DNA of 63,426 nucleotides, filler included, from Hyphochytrium catenoides (lineage: Eukaryota; Protista; Hyphochytriomycota), in assembly GCA_900088475.1 (NCBI GenBank). It is 7 parts of 7 records of this genome, joined end to end, with 100 filler letters (N's around TTAATTAATTAA, not from the genome) between each part and the next. Parts side by side here need not be neighbours in the genome. Positions count along the whole stretch, not along the records: positions 25,547 to 43,792 come from FLMG01001917.1; positions 43,893 to 51,540 come from FLMG01002580.1; 5 more parts are not named here. One strand, 5' to 3'. Both the position numbers and the translations under genes were made by a program. The notes below the pieces were generated by a model that was given only the letters and a program-made list of their open reading frames with translations, was not told where the DNA came from and searched no databases. Positions 34,464 through 46,183 of this stretch are shown in pieces; the first letter of the stretch is position 1, and each line of letters opens with the position of its first letter.

Positions 34464-37283
34464 ATGGTCGTGACGGACCGCACAGAAGAGTTCTCTCGCG
34501 CCTCAGAAGTCTTCGCTCAGCATGGCAGCGCATCCTCAACCTTGAAGCCCCAGCGGCGCCCGCTCTCAGAGTCCAGCCGAGGAGCCAATGAGCTCTTGGC
34601 AGGTGTAGAGACTACGGAGAGGATGCTGGCCCAGCTCTCGAAGCTGTAAGTTCTACGAAAGGGAGCACACAGACCAGCTTAGGCAACCTCTCACTCTCTC
34701 TCTCTCTGTCACCTTTTTTTCTCTTTGTCGGTATGGGCTCTCTCTCTCCTTCTTCTCCCTCCGTCTCTCTCGCTCTCTCGCTCTTGTCGCTCTCTCTTTC
34801 CCCTTCCTCCTCTTTTTTTCTCTCTCTGTCTCTCTCTCTCTCTGTCTCTCTCTCTCTGACAGACACACTCTCTCTCTCTCCCTCGCTCTTTCGCTCGCTC
34901 TCTTTCTTATTCCTGTCATTCTGTGTCCTTCTATCACTCGCTTATTGTTCTCTACCACACCTCCTTCAGAGTGAGTCGAAAGGGGTTCGTGAATGATCCA
35001 ACTCAGGAGATCAATGAAGTGACCGACATGCNNNNNNNNNNNNNNNNNNNNNNNNNNNCACAAAGTCTCTCTCTTTCCTGTCGTTATCTTTCGTTCGTTT
35101 CCAATGTTGAAGCATTCTTTCTTTTTCGATTCTGTCTCCATGGCTGTGGTCTCTTCCTGTCCGGAGTTATTCTCTAGGACAAAGCCAGGCTCTCTACCTT
35201 TTCTCGGTATCTGGTGCTCTCTCGTTCTCTTTGGCTCTTTTGTGCCTGATCTTTCTCTCTTTTTGTGTCCCCCGCTACTCTAGAGCAAGCAGTGTCGAGA
35301 GCATTTCACTGTCATTGCTGATGCCATCAAGGCTCGGCTCTCCAAGCAAGCCAAGAGCTTTCAGGTGGGTCAACTCAGCTCAGGTGCCGTCATGTTAGCC
35401 TGGGTTTCTGCATTGTAGAGACTATGCCTTGGTGTACCAGCCTCTCTTCTTTCCCGCTCACCTCCTCCTCCAGCTTCTCTTTCTTCTACTTTCAAGCTAT
35501 CCATCGGCTAAGTTTTGGGATTCCAGGACATCTTCTCCCTGTCTTTCTCTCTCTCCCAAGCTTCCCTCCTCCCTTACTCAGCTTTTCCACTTGCCTTCTG
35601 AAGGATGCGCTGGAGGTCCGAACAAAGGTGCTGAAGGAACAATCTGAGCGGAGAAGCCGGTTTTCTCATGGAGGAAGGAGTCCAATGGTTCAGTTCAATT
35701 CTCCTCTATTTATGGGGCCACAGGGCACACCGCCCTCCGCATCTCCTCCTTCTTCCGCTGTACCGTCCCCTTCGCCCTCTCCATCTCCAACACCACCCCA
35801 GCCACAGTTCAGGGCTCCTTCACCCTCTATTTCTCGCCCGGATACCGTTGGAATGTCTCCAAGTCCGGGAGGGTTCATGCCATCTAGAGACGCAGCAGGA
35901 CAGATGGCAACCTCAGGTGAAGAGCTGTCTCTGGCTCGCTCTAGTTGGGTTCCGAGTTTCTCTAGATATCCTTCTGTTCTTGAAATCTGCCGATCACGAG
36001 CTCTGCGTTCTCTGCTTCGCTATCCATATGCTGGGATTCCCCTGTGCAGTCGCACCTACATTAGTATACTCTTGGGAAGTATGCAAGTGATCCGCTCTTC
36101 CCTTTGTACATCTTATCTCTTTATTCGTCTAATCTCTTATTTCTGATCTCCCTCAGAGGGACTAAGAAGGCGAGCGAACCCTTATCAAGCGCTACCTAGG
36201 CCAGGTTAGACAAAGACCAGCTTCTTGCTTGGCTCACTCTGATTCTGTCGTCGAGACCCTCGGGGTTTTTCTTTGTTAATGTCTCTTAATGGAGATCTAT
36301 GTTTGATTTACTCCTGTTATTGGTAACTCAACTGCTTTTTCCTTCGCGTAGGCATGATAGGACAGCAGCAACTGTACAGCTCCTCACAGTCAGCGCGGTC
36401 TCGACTTGAAGAAGCGCAGCAAGTGGAAACCACTATTGTCGAGGTATCTCTCACCGTCAACTTTTCCATACTCTAATTCACCCCTACCTGCTTCACCTGA
36501 GAAACTTGCACCCAGAGCTAATCTATTCTCTTCCAGCTGAGCGGCATGTTCTCCAAAATGGCTACAATGGTTGCCCAGCAGGTAAGGAACCAGGGCGAAC
36601 TGAAGGCTAAGATAATAGGCTGTGCGGTCAATTTGGGTCCACATAAGTGACGAAAGAGTGAGAGAGAAAGGCGAGGTGGATGCGATAAGAGGAAAAGAAA
36701 GTCTTTGCATGCTCCGATGTTAACTCCACTGTTTTCTTAGGGTGAGATCGTGCAGAGAATTGATGAAGATATGGATGTGGCGTAAGTCGACACTCTCACT
36801 CGGAGTCTCCGCTTCGTAAACTTTTCCCGACATTGAAGCCAGCTCTTGTCTCAAAAATCTCTTCTCAACATCTCTCTGTATCCATCTCTCATAATCCTGT
36901 TATGGGTTACTCGGGAAGCTGATGCACGGCCCTCCTCTAAGGCCTGAGATTTGTGCCTCCTCTCATTTGCCTCAGACTCCCAGACACTTCTGGAACCTGT
37001 TTTTCCAATAGCTTCCTCTCCTGTCGATAACTTCTCACTCTTGCATCTCTCACCTCCTTCCAATCTTGCCACCACGCTGTGCAGTAAGGCGAACATAGAC
37101 GAAGGACAGGTAAGAGATCAGTCCCACCATCGCTCTCCGACGTAGATAGCAGCTGACAAATTTATGTGTGCCTAGAACGAGCTCCTTAAGCTCTACAAGA
37201 CCGTCTCAGGGAATAGGAGCTTGATCATTAAGATCTTTCTCCTACTCATCGCATTCATCACGCTCTTTGTGATCATATTCTGA
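34464..37283 (+). CDS. STX5: Syntaxin-5 / Sed5 / SYP3-type Golgi Qa-SNARE (multi-exon; N gap at 35032-35058)
   Basis: N-terminal DRTEEF SM-binding motif; NDPTQEINEVT; DALEVRTKVLKEQSERRSRFS; SNARE motif QVETTIVE|LSGMFSKMATMVAQQ|GEIVQRIDEDM; ELLKLYKTVSGNRSLIIKIFLLLIAFITLFVIIF-stop. Confidence 0.92.
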
Positions 37284-38785
37284 GGCCCTCAGAGAAGAAG
37301 TTTAGACTATTGACCCTTCATTCGAAGTTTATTTATTGTTACTCCTCTCATATCCAAGCTGTCAAATTCAAACCTTCCCTTACTAGTCGGAGGTCGGTGA
37401 AAGCATCTCTAGTTGCACCTCTCTGCGAGACCTCAGACGGACTGAACGCGCTGATCTGGCATCTGGCATGAAGCTTCTTTTCATCTTCCTGAACGCGTGG
37501 TTTACCATGAACCTCCGAGACGCTAAGTCTCTACTCTATCTGTATTTTGAGTTTGAACTGTGGCCTTTAGCTCTATCGTCCCTGTCGGGATAGCGCTGTT
37601 ATGGACCCCAATCCTGTGCAGTCCCCACAGAATAAGGCCCAAGATATGCTCAGGCCTCCTCTTCCCATCTCTCCATAGAAATGTCCCTCGGTCTATGATG
37701 GGCATTGTTCCGCTGGGGCTGTCCACATGCCGCTGAGGATTGAATGAGCCTGCACCGTCCGCCTATGAACTAGTGAGAGTTCCTGCTTGCCCTGCAAATG
37801 ACCTTTCAGTTTGCGCTGTGTCTTCGCCCTCTCCCAGGATAGTCGCTTTTATAAGTCCTTTAATATTGTCTTGGTGTCTATTACACTTCCTTGGCTCCGC
37901 AGTATAGATCTACTTTTCTGGGTTTACTTAGATCTATGGCGCCTCCCATCTTATTCGCTTTAGGGAGACAAATGAAACGACATTGGACCCGCTAACCGCT
38001 CTTGAATGTTTCCGGAAAGAATGAAACAGAGAACTGGGACCCTTCGCTTTTTATTGACAAAAGCCTCTGTACCTAAGCGAAACATATCCATGAAAAGTAA
38101 GCAACCTTTGTTACTGTTTATTTTTTGCGCTCCTCCATTATTCTCACTCTCACTCCCTACCCACCTTTCCTCCCCCCACACCCACTCTGCACCTCCACCT
38201 GTTCCTCTTCCCTGCACCAACAGACTAACTAAGGGTGGGTAGGACCAAAGAATGTTCCGCCCACTCCGTCCTCTGTCCTGTTCCTCTTCCTTCATCATCC
38301 TCAACAAAGCTAATGCGCACCCACCCACCCACCTTCTTGAATCTCTCTTTTTCGCTCTGTCTGGCTATTGTCCTCTCTGGTTCTTTCTCTGTTTCGATAC
38401 ACTTTCGCATCAAATATCTTCTCCCTGTATCTGTCACATCATATATCTGGATAAATGTTGCTATATGAGCACATCTAGTAGCCAATCTGTCTCGTGGTTC
38501 TTTGCTTGCTCTAAATATCTCTCGTGGCTTTCGTTCATCTCTTCATCACTCTGTCTCAGTTCTCCATGCCCTTGCTCCTGGTCTTTGCCGCTGTTCCTCC
38601 TCTTCCTCCGCTTGAGCTCCTTTTACTTTTGAATTTTTGCCCAAACTCTTAGCGTTGCCAACTGACTCGAAAGTATTCCGCATAGTCCGGGTGCAGCGGC
38701 AGAACTTACTGTAATAAAAGCCAACAAATCGTCCATTCCGCTATATCGTTCCGAATACATTCTGGGATATTCAGGATATAGGAAT

Positions 38786-41700
38786 ATGGATCATCTGTTC
38801 CAAGAGCTTTTGATGTTCAGGTTGAGCTCGCTCCGTTCAGAAGTGCCATCAGCAGCTTCGAAAAGCAGCAGAAGCCAAAAGCTCAAGAAGAGAGGCTTCT
38901 CATTGCATTACCAGGTGCTGTGCCTCTATGTGTGCTGCTCTCTCTGTGGACACTTACTAAGAAAGAGTTTTGAGTCACCAGCGGGGTTGAAGGCGACTAC
39001 GGGTCCCTTGAGACTGGGGCACACGGCTCAGGTTGGCAGGATGATGGCGGCCGGGATGAGACGCGAGCTCGCGGAGCTTCTCGTTGGTAAATACAACGGG
39101 CGAAAGCGAAGCGGGGACTATAGCTTTGAAACTAGCATTCCAGACTTGCAGAACGTACTCAACAAGCACGGCTACGAGCTGTACAATCCACCCAAAGATG
39201 GCCATTCCACTCTCCGTTGCTTCGCCCTGGGGCTCAATGGTGGTGGCACAGATATCCCTGACGAGCAGGTTGATGAGATTGTGAGGGAGCTGCGGAGGAA
39301 GATTGGTAGAGAGTGCGCACAGTTTGGTCCGCTTTTCTTGGAGCAGGGGACGCTCACCGCCAAGCTTCAGAGGGAACTTTACCAGCAGGATCCAACCCTT
39401 ATTGAGGCTCTTCGTCCCGAAGAGAAGCTTCTTCGATGGCAGCAGTTCTGGGAGGAGTTCACATCCTTTGAACGAGCGAGCTATGCAGATGTAGAGTTCC
39501 TCCTCTCCTTTCTCACGGAGCATCTGTACAAGGCCGAAAAGCTCTCTGTTGTCTTAATTCCTGTGGTGGCGCGCTCAGAGACCGAGGTTACTGTTGGGGA
39601 CTTCAAGATCCTTGGCTCCAAGACCTTGCATGACTTTAAGACTATCTTCATTGTAACCTTGGGAGGCTCTAGAAACTGCTGTCTCGTCCGGCCCTTACGA
39701 CAGAGGCTTCCCACCGAGATTCCGCTGCATGATTCAACGGGCCAAGCGGCAGCGATGAGGCTGTTCCCCGGAGAGGGCCTGGAGCATGTAGGAGACGATG
39801 GCACCAGAAAACGAGCTCTCTCGGGAGATGCTAATGAAGAAAGAGAGAAGTTGATCCGGATAGATGAGCTAAACAAAGCTGCGGTGGCTAATCTAACCGT
39901 TAATGGCAAGACAAGGAAAGGCAGGACAGACCTAACCATTCAACAAAGAAGAGAGCTCATCCACGACCGGAGGACGAAGAAGATGACAGTGGCAATGGTT
40001 GCGAGAAAGTACAACGTCTCAGACAGGACAGTGAGGAAGATTTGTCAACAGGAGGAGGAGGTGCTTCAGCGGTCTCTGCATCCTCACTCAAGCAATAGCA
40101 AGCAGGTCAAGCTCCAGATGAGGTTTCCGATAGTAGAACGGGGTATGCAAGAGTTTGTCTTCGCAATGAGGAGGGAGAACTACCCTCTCTCTATAGAGAG
40201 AATCCAACAGCAAGCCCTTCTTCTGGCAGAGGGCATAGGAATGACCTCTGAGGGATTCAAGGCCAGCAGGAACTGGGCATGTGGGCTGGTGAAGCGGATG
40301 GGCCTGGACCCTAAGTCTTTGGGTGGCGAGGAAGAGGCATCCGCAGCCATGACAGAGATCAAGAAGCTAAGGAAACGGCTAGAGGCCTATCCAGTAGAGA
40401 ACATCTACTACGTGCACGAGACAGATCTCTTCTACAAGCTTCTTCCTAAGAAGAGTTATGTCACTCTTGACGAAGATGAGAGGAAGTCTTTGAAGGGAGT
40501 AAAGCAGATGAAGCCTGAGGACAGAATTTCCCTTGTTCTCTGTACTAATGCGTCAGGGGTGCACAAGATCCCTGTGGCAGTGTTTGGGGCTGCATCCGCG
40601 GTAAAACGACTAGGAAAAGACCGGACCGAAGTGTTCAAAGAGCACAACGTCCATCTGCTTGCCCATAACAACCCATACACGGACTCTGACACCATGGGCA
40701 AGTGGTTCCACACAGTCTTTGTTCCTGAAGCAAGGAAGAGAGCAGCAGGAAGTGGAAAGGTTGCCTTGATTATCAATAACTGCGGCCTACACAGTGATTT
40801 GCAGCTGATGATTGACGGAGCAGACGATATCGATGTAATCTTCCTCCCGCCCGATATCCCTTCCTCTCTCCAGCCTCTACGACACGGAGTAGTCTCCTTT
40901 GTGAAGACAAAGTATCGCCATTTTCTCCTTGTACAATGGGGAAGACTCTTCCTACATCGTAAACTCCTACTGAAGGCAAGCGAGTTTATGAAGAGAGGGA
41001 GCAAGGGAATCAACCAGGGGCATCAGCCACACCTCCTGGACGCCCTCGAGATTCTTAGCAAGGTCTGGGCGCAAGAAGTGACAGAGGCAGATATCGCAAA
41101 GTGCTGGGTGAAGAGTGATATTCTAGCTGATGAGCAGCAGCGCAGAATGGCAAAGAGATATGGTAAACAGGGGACAAGTGAGAGGCCTCTCCCTCTCCCA
41201 GAAGGAACAGGACCGGACGGAGCCCCTCTTCCGCTTCCAGAGGCGGAAGAGGAGGAAGACGACGGCTCCTCCATGGGTGTTGGGGAAAAGATGGGGCGAA
41301 TAGAGGAAGGCTCTATGGCAGATAGGGAGAATCAAGCAATCCGGGAACTTGCAGCTCTCTTTGGTGACTTCAAGCTCTCACGGCACGAATGCAGAGCAAG
41401 GACAGAGACAGGAGTGATGGACGTAGATGTTGGAGAATGTCTCGAGGCGATGAGGGCTCTCTCCCCCGCCAAGAAAGAAGCTCTATTGAGAGAGTGGCTG
41501 CACACAGAGAGCAATCCTGACGTCAGAGAAGCTCTTCTCCAGGACCAGTTCGCTAACATCCTGCATGAGGCCAAGCGAGCAGCTCTAAAAGCAGCGCACA
41601 AGAATGCCGTGGGAGGTGGCGTCGAAGGAGCAGGCGCCGAGCACATGGAAGGAGGCTTAGAAGAGCAAGAGGAGGAGGCAGTCGTAAGTGAAGAGGCCGA

Positions 41701-41893
41701 GGTTGATGCTCCGCCAGAGGAGGAGGATACGTCTCTCCCTCTTCCGGAGCCAGAGGCCACACTGGACACTTTGAGGGCTTTCAAGGCGGCTCTGTTGAGA
41801 GTCGGCGCTGGACAGGTCCTCCAAGACATTAGCAAACTTGAGTGCCAGTTTCTTGTACAAAGAGATGCGGCCGCAAGAAGAAGGAAACAGTAA
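38786..41893 (+). CDS. Pogo/Tigger transposase-derived CENP-B-like protein with N-terminal OTU-like domain; catalytically dead; real start possibly the ATG at 39041
   Basis: HTH-psq-like LTIQQRRELI...VAMVARKYNVSDRTVRKI; CENP-B HTH FPIVERGMQEFV...YPLSIERIQQQA...FKASRNWACGLVKRMG; DDE_1 core YPVENIYYVHETDLFYKLLP, DRISLVLCTNASGVHKIP, ALIINNCGLH, FLPPDIPSSLQPLRHGVVSFVKTKYR, IAKCWVKSDIL. Confidence 0.9.
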   Translation: MDHLFQELLMFRLSSLRSEVPSAASKSSRSQKLKKRGFSLHYQVLCLYVCCSLCGHLLRKSFESPAGLKATTGPLRLGHTAQVGRMMAAGMRRELAELLVGKYNGRKRSGDYSFETSIPDLQNVLNKHGYELYNPPKDGHSTLRCFALGLNGGGTDIPDEQVDEIVRELRRKIGRECAQFGPLFLEQGTLTAKLQRELYQQDPTLIEALRPEEKLLRWQQFWEEFTSFERASYADVEFLLSFLTEHLYKAEKLSVVLIPVVARSETEVTVGDFKILGSKTLHDFKTIFIVTLGGSRNCCLVRPLRQRLPTEIPLHDSTGQAAAMRLFPGEGLEHVGDDGTRKRALSGDANEEREKLIRIDELNKAAVANLTVNGKTRKGRTDLTIQQRRELIHDRRTKKMTVAMVARKYNVSDRTVRKICQQEEEVLQRSLHPHSSNSKQVKLQMRFPIVERGMQEFVFAMRRENYPLSIERIQQQALLLAEGIGMTSEGFKASRNWACGLVKRMGLDPKSLGGEEEASAAMTEIKKLRKRLEAYPVENIYYVHETDLFYKLLPKKSYVTLDEDERKSLKGVKQMKPEDRISLVLCTNASGVHKIPVAVFGAASAVKRLGKDRTEVFKEHNVHLLAHNNPYTDSDTMGKWFHTVFVPEARKRAAGSGKVALIINNCGLHSDLQLMIDGADDIDVIFLPPDIPSSLQPLRHGVVSFVKTKYRHFLLVQWGRLFLHRKLLLKASEFMKRGSKGINQGHQPHLLDALEILSKVWAQEVTEADIAKCWVKSDILADEQQRRMAKRYGKQGTSERPLPLPEGTGPDGAPLPLPEAEEEEDDGSSMGVGEKMGRIEEGSMADRENQAIRELAALFGDFKLSRHECRARTETGVMDVDVGECLEAMRALSPAKKEALLREWLHTESNPDVREALLQDQFANILHEAKRAALKAAHKNAVGGGVEGAGAEHMEGGLEEQEEEAVVSEEAEVDAPPEEEDTSLPLPEPEATLDTLRAFKAALLRVGAGQVLQDISKLECQFLVQRDAAARRRKQ

Positions 41894-43236
41894 ACAGAAG
41901 CACAACATTACGAAGGAAAGAAGATAGTAGGCAGACGAAGAGGCCCGAGAGGGAGAGAGAGAGAGAGTCTGAGGGCGGAGAGAGAGAGAGACACCAGGGA
42001 GTATTGTCGACGTATTAGCTGTACCTCCTCCACAGTAGAGCAGAGAGACAACTGAGATCGTCCATTATTTGTTCTAGTATCATTACGGTCTAACTGCCTC
42101 TTGCGGTATGTGAATTTCTGTACATCTCTTCGACTGTCGGCGGGCACATATAATCAATGTCACAGAGAGCGCTGCGGGGTCTCTGTTTCCGAGCTGAGAG
42201 TTCAGGCGAAGAGAAGAAGACCGCCCGAGAGGACCCTTCATCTACATCTAAAGTCCTAATGCCCTGACATTCAGCTACGAGACTGTAGGAAAGGAAGGCC
42301 GACAGCCTGAACGCAGCAGAAGCTCTCCTACTCTGCGCAAGAAGCCTGAGAACATCTGACAAACATAGAGACTACTCGACGGCAGAGGCTGTATCTGAAC
42401 TCAGAAAGTAGAGGAGCAACGAGTAGCAAGAGAAGGTGAAGAGGTTGGGAATAACGAGGCACGATCCCAGATAAGAAAGCTGGGGCTTGGAATTTGAAAG
42501 AAAGAACGGAGCGTCAGAAGGTTAATAGCGCTAGCGAATATCCCCTATCGCTGTCGTGAAGATGCCCTCCTAGACGCAGAAGAGAAGGAATGAAGGCAGC
42601 CACTTGTCTTCCCATTTCTAAGCAGCAACGTCGGGACTTATGGTGCTTCTCCTATCATGCATTCCTCATGGCCTTTGCTCAATCGTCCATCATAGGAAGA
42701 AGTAAAAGATCCTTCTCAGTCGCGACTCTGCTCTCCGCGCCTGTTGAGGCGCCGTTCGTCTAGTGGTTGAAGCAAGCAAAGCTTAACACCTCCACGGGCC
42801 CCAGCGAGCGGAACTGGCACACAGTATGGAAGAAGCTCTGTAAAGCTCTCAAAATATAGCTCATGGGCGGTTGAAGATGCCATCAGAAGCTCCGAGGCGC
42901 CGCAGCTGCTCCACCAGCTGACAGAGAGACGAGAGACGAGGGTCTGTCTGGCGGCTGTTCTAAGCGCTGGCGCGCGCGCTGGGCCTTCGCTGTCTTCCTT
43001 GTGCACGAGCGCGCGGCTTCTATGAAATATGGAAAGGACCATCATGAGGATGGAGATTTACGTTATATTACGGTTTTAGTCATGGAAATTTACACGCTCA
43101 GAAGCTGGCGTGGTAGAGATTATGAAGGAATTTACCTTTTGGTTTGTACAGTTTGGACGGGGGGGACGTTCAAAATTGGAAGCAAGAAAATCAGAATCCA
43201 GAGTTCCTCCCTCCTCCCTCTGTCTCTCTCTCTCTC

Positions 43237-43278
<42 letters not shown>

Positions 43279-43370
43279 GCCCTCATCTCTCTCTCCTCTC
43301 AAGCTCCTTTTACCCCTTTGTTGGCAGAAACCTGCTTTGACTCCGAAGCTCATCAACTGGACGATCATCT

Positions 43371-43411
<41 letters not shown>

Positions 43412-43792
43412 ATAGCGCACAAGCTAGCCTTTGGGACACTAGAGGTCCTCTCTTTGCCCAAACAACTGCAGCCTTGTAGGCCCAGAAGCGCCTTAAGATC
43501 ACGCTGTAGTCCCTGACTCTGCCTGGTTAAGTGCCCCATCGACGCCTTTCGCTGTATCACCGCGGGCATGCGTCCCTCAAAGCAACACATCTTGGCCTGG
43601 GCAACTACGAGTCCGTCCGTCTGGTTGCTGCACGATATGCCATAGGAGGCCACGGAGCCATCGCCGCTATCCTCCTTGAATGGCCACACGGTGCTGCTGG
43701 TGGTGCCGTAGAGAGAAGTAATGAAGATCGGCCATGCTGAGCGACAAATGTATCACGAGGGCGAGGAGGAAGAACTTCAGGAAGAGGTTGGG

Positions 43793-43892
43793 NNNNNNNN
43801 NNNNNNNNNNNNNNNNNNNNNNNNNNNNNNNNNNNNTTAATTAATTAANNNNNNNNNNNNNNNNNNNNNNNNNNNNNNNNNNNNNNNNNNNN
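43793..43892. other. Artificial scaffold linker
   Basis: N44-TTAATTAATTAA-N44. Confidence 0.97.
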
Positions 43893-43912
43893 GCTTGGAT
43901 CTCTCACTCTCT

Positions 43913-43949
<37 letters not shown>

Positions 43950-45201
43950 TGGGCTTTGCTGCTCTCTCCCTCCCCACCATCGTGCAGCAGGCTTGGTGCT
44001 CTCTCTCTATCTATCTATCTATCTATCTATCTATTCGGCTTTGCTGCTCTCTTCTCACGAACGTGCAGCAATCTTGGAAGAACTGAAGGGTCATCTGAAC
44101 TAGCAGGAGAGTGTGAGGCGCCGCATCATGGAAAGAGACAGCACCTTGTTTGTAACGAGGAAAAAGAGAGCGAAGAAGGGAGGGAAGGAGAGAGAGAAAG
44201 AGAGAGAGGTGGAGAAAGAGAGAGAGAGAGGAAGACAGAGAGAGAGAAAAAGGGAGAGAGAGAGAAAAGGAAAGAAAGAGAGAGAAGAGACAGAGAGAAA
44301 CGAGAGAGATACAGAAAGAAACGAGAGAGAGAGAGAGAGAGAGAAACGAGAGAGAGAGAGGAACGAGAGAGAGAGAGAGAAACGAGAGAGAGAGAGAGAG
44401 AAAACGAAAGAGAGAGAGAGACACGAGAGAGAGAGAGAGAGAGAGCAGAGAGTAGATAGAACAGTGCACTCGCTACCACCAAAAGAGCCAGAACTGACCA
44501 AGATCCCTCATAGATCGAGCTCTGTTTGTACAGAAAAGCACCAACCACTCCTTGAAGGAGCATTTTGGTGCCTAAACGCCATTAAAGTCTTGGTTAGGAC
44601 CCTGTCGAACAGTAAAGCATGTTAATTCTTGTAAGATTCATTAGTTTTCATTAACCAAACATCTAGTGGAGACAGAGCTGGAATGTTTCCTTGAATCTTA
44701 TTGCAAGCTGGCTTAAAGGAAAAAGGGCGTTTTCGTTCACAAAACCAGCTTTTTACCCTTTCTGGGTTCTGTGGCTAATTGTAATATAAAGAGGTTTCAG
44801 AGTTGATGGTCTAGGAAATATTAGTTGGTTGATTATGATGGAGTTGACATGACAAAAACACGCTTCTATCACATTTTGTAGGCACGCCAGGCCTGCTCTT
44901 TTCTTTTTCTCTCTCTCTCTCTTTCTCTCTCTGTGTATATCTCTCTGTCTATCTCTTTTTCTATATCTATCTCGCTCTCCATCAACCCTTTTCCACCATC
45001 CTTTTGGGCTTCTCTCTCTCTGTCTCTCTCTTTCTCTCACTCTCTCTCTCTCTTTCTTTTCTCTTTCTCTCTCCCTCTCCCTCTCCGTCCCTTTTACCAT
45101 TATCCTTTCGGTCTCCCTCAGAAGGTGTGGTGCACCCCAACATGAACATTGAACGGAGGAGAGAGGGAGAAAAAGAGAGAGAGGGAAAGAGAGAAAGGGA
45201 G

Positions 45202-45241
<40 letters not shown>

Positions 45242-45823
45242 GGAAAGGGGGAGAGAGAGAAAGAGAGAGAGAGAGAGAAAAAGAGAGAGAGAGAGAGAGA
45301 GAGGGAGAGAAGAGGGGAGGAGAGGAGAGGAGAGAAGAGAGAGAGAAGAGAATACAAAGAGCTCTTTCCTCTGGCTCTCGAGGTTCTGCATCCGTGTTGT
45401 CACTCCTGGCGTCAGAAAGAGAGAGAAACAGGCCTCTACTAAGAGTGATCGCTGGACCATAAAGAGAGAGAGAGACATAAGACATATTTTTTTTTCGAAA
45501 GAGAGACAGGTTTCTTCGTTGGACCTGGACGACGTTGAATCTACAGGGAAGAGAGGGCAGGAAAGGATGTGATGAGGTTTCTTTCTGTGCTCTGCTCCTC
45601 GTCCGGCTCGCTCTCTCTCTTCTCTCCTCTCGCTCTCCATTCTCTCTCTCTCTCTCTCTCGTTGCCTCTCTCACTCCCCCATCTCCTCATCGATCGATCT
45701 ATTGTATCCAATATTCTCTCCTTTTTCTCTCTCTCCCTCTCTCTTCTCCTCTCTCTCTCTCTCTCCCCTCTCGCTTCATTCTCTCCTCTCTCGCTTCATT
45801 CTCTCCTCTCTCTCTCCATCTCT

Positions 45824-45860
<37 letters not shown>

Positions 45861-46170
45861 GGCCCGAAGATAAGTATGAAGAGTAAATTCTAGTGCTTTC
45901 TATTACCCATGATAGCCTTCCTTCCCTCCTCAGTAAATGACGGCAATGGCTCAAAATCGAGAGAGAGAGAGAAAGAGAGAGAAAGACATTTCACTAATTC
46001 TAGATTTCATTAGTCGGCACAATGAAACCACAACAAACATGGGAAAGAGATCAAAGAGAGAGGGAGAGAGAGTGTGTGTGAGAGAGAGACAGAGACAGAC
46101 AGAGACAGAGACAGACAGAGACAGACCGAGAGAGAGAGAGAGAGAGGGGGGAGATAAAGAGAGAGAGAAA
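43893..46170. repeat. Microsatellite-saturated intergenic region ((AG)n, (CT)n, short (TATC)n at about 44008-44034)
   Basis: Long degenerate AG and CT tracts with no credible exon. Confidence 0.85.
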
Positions 46171-46183
46171 GCGGGATTCTCTT

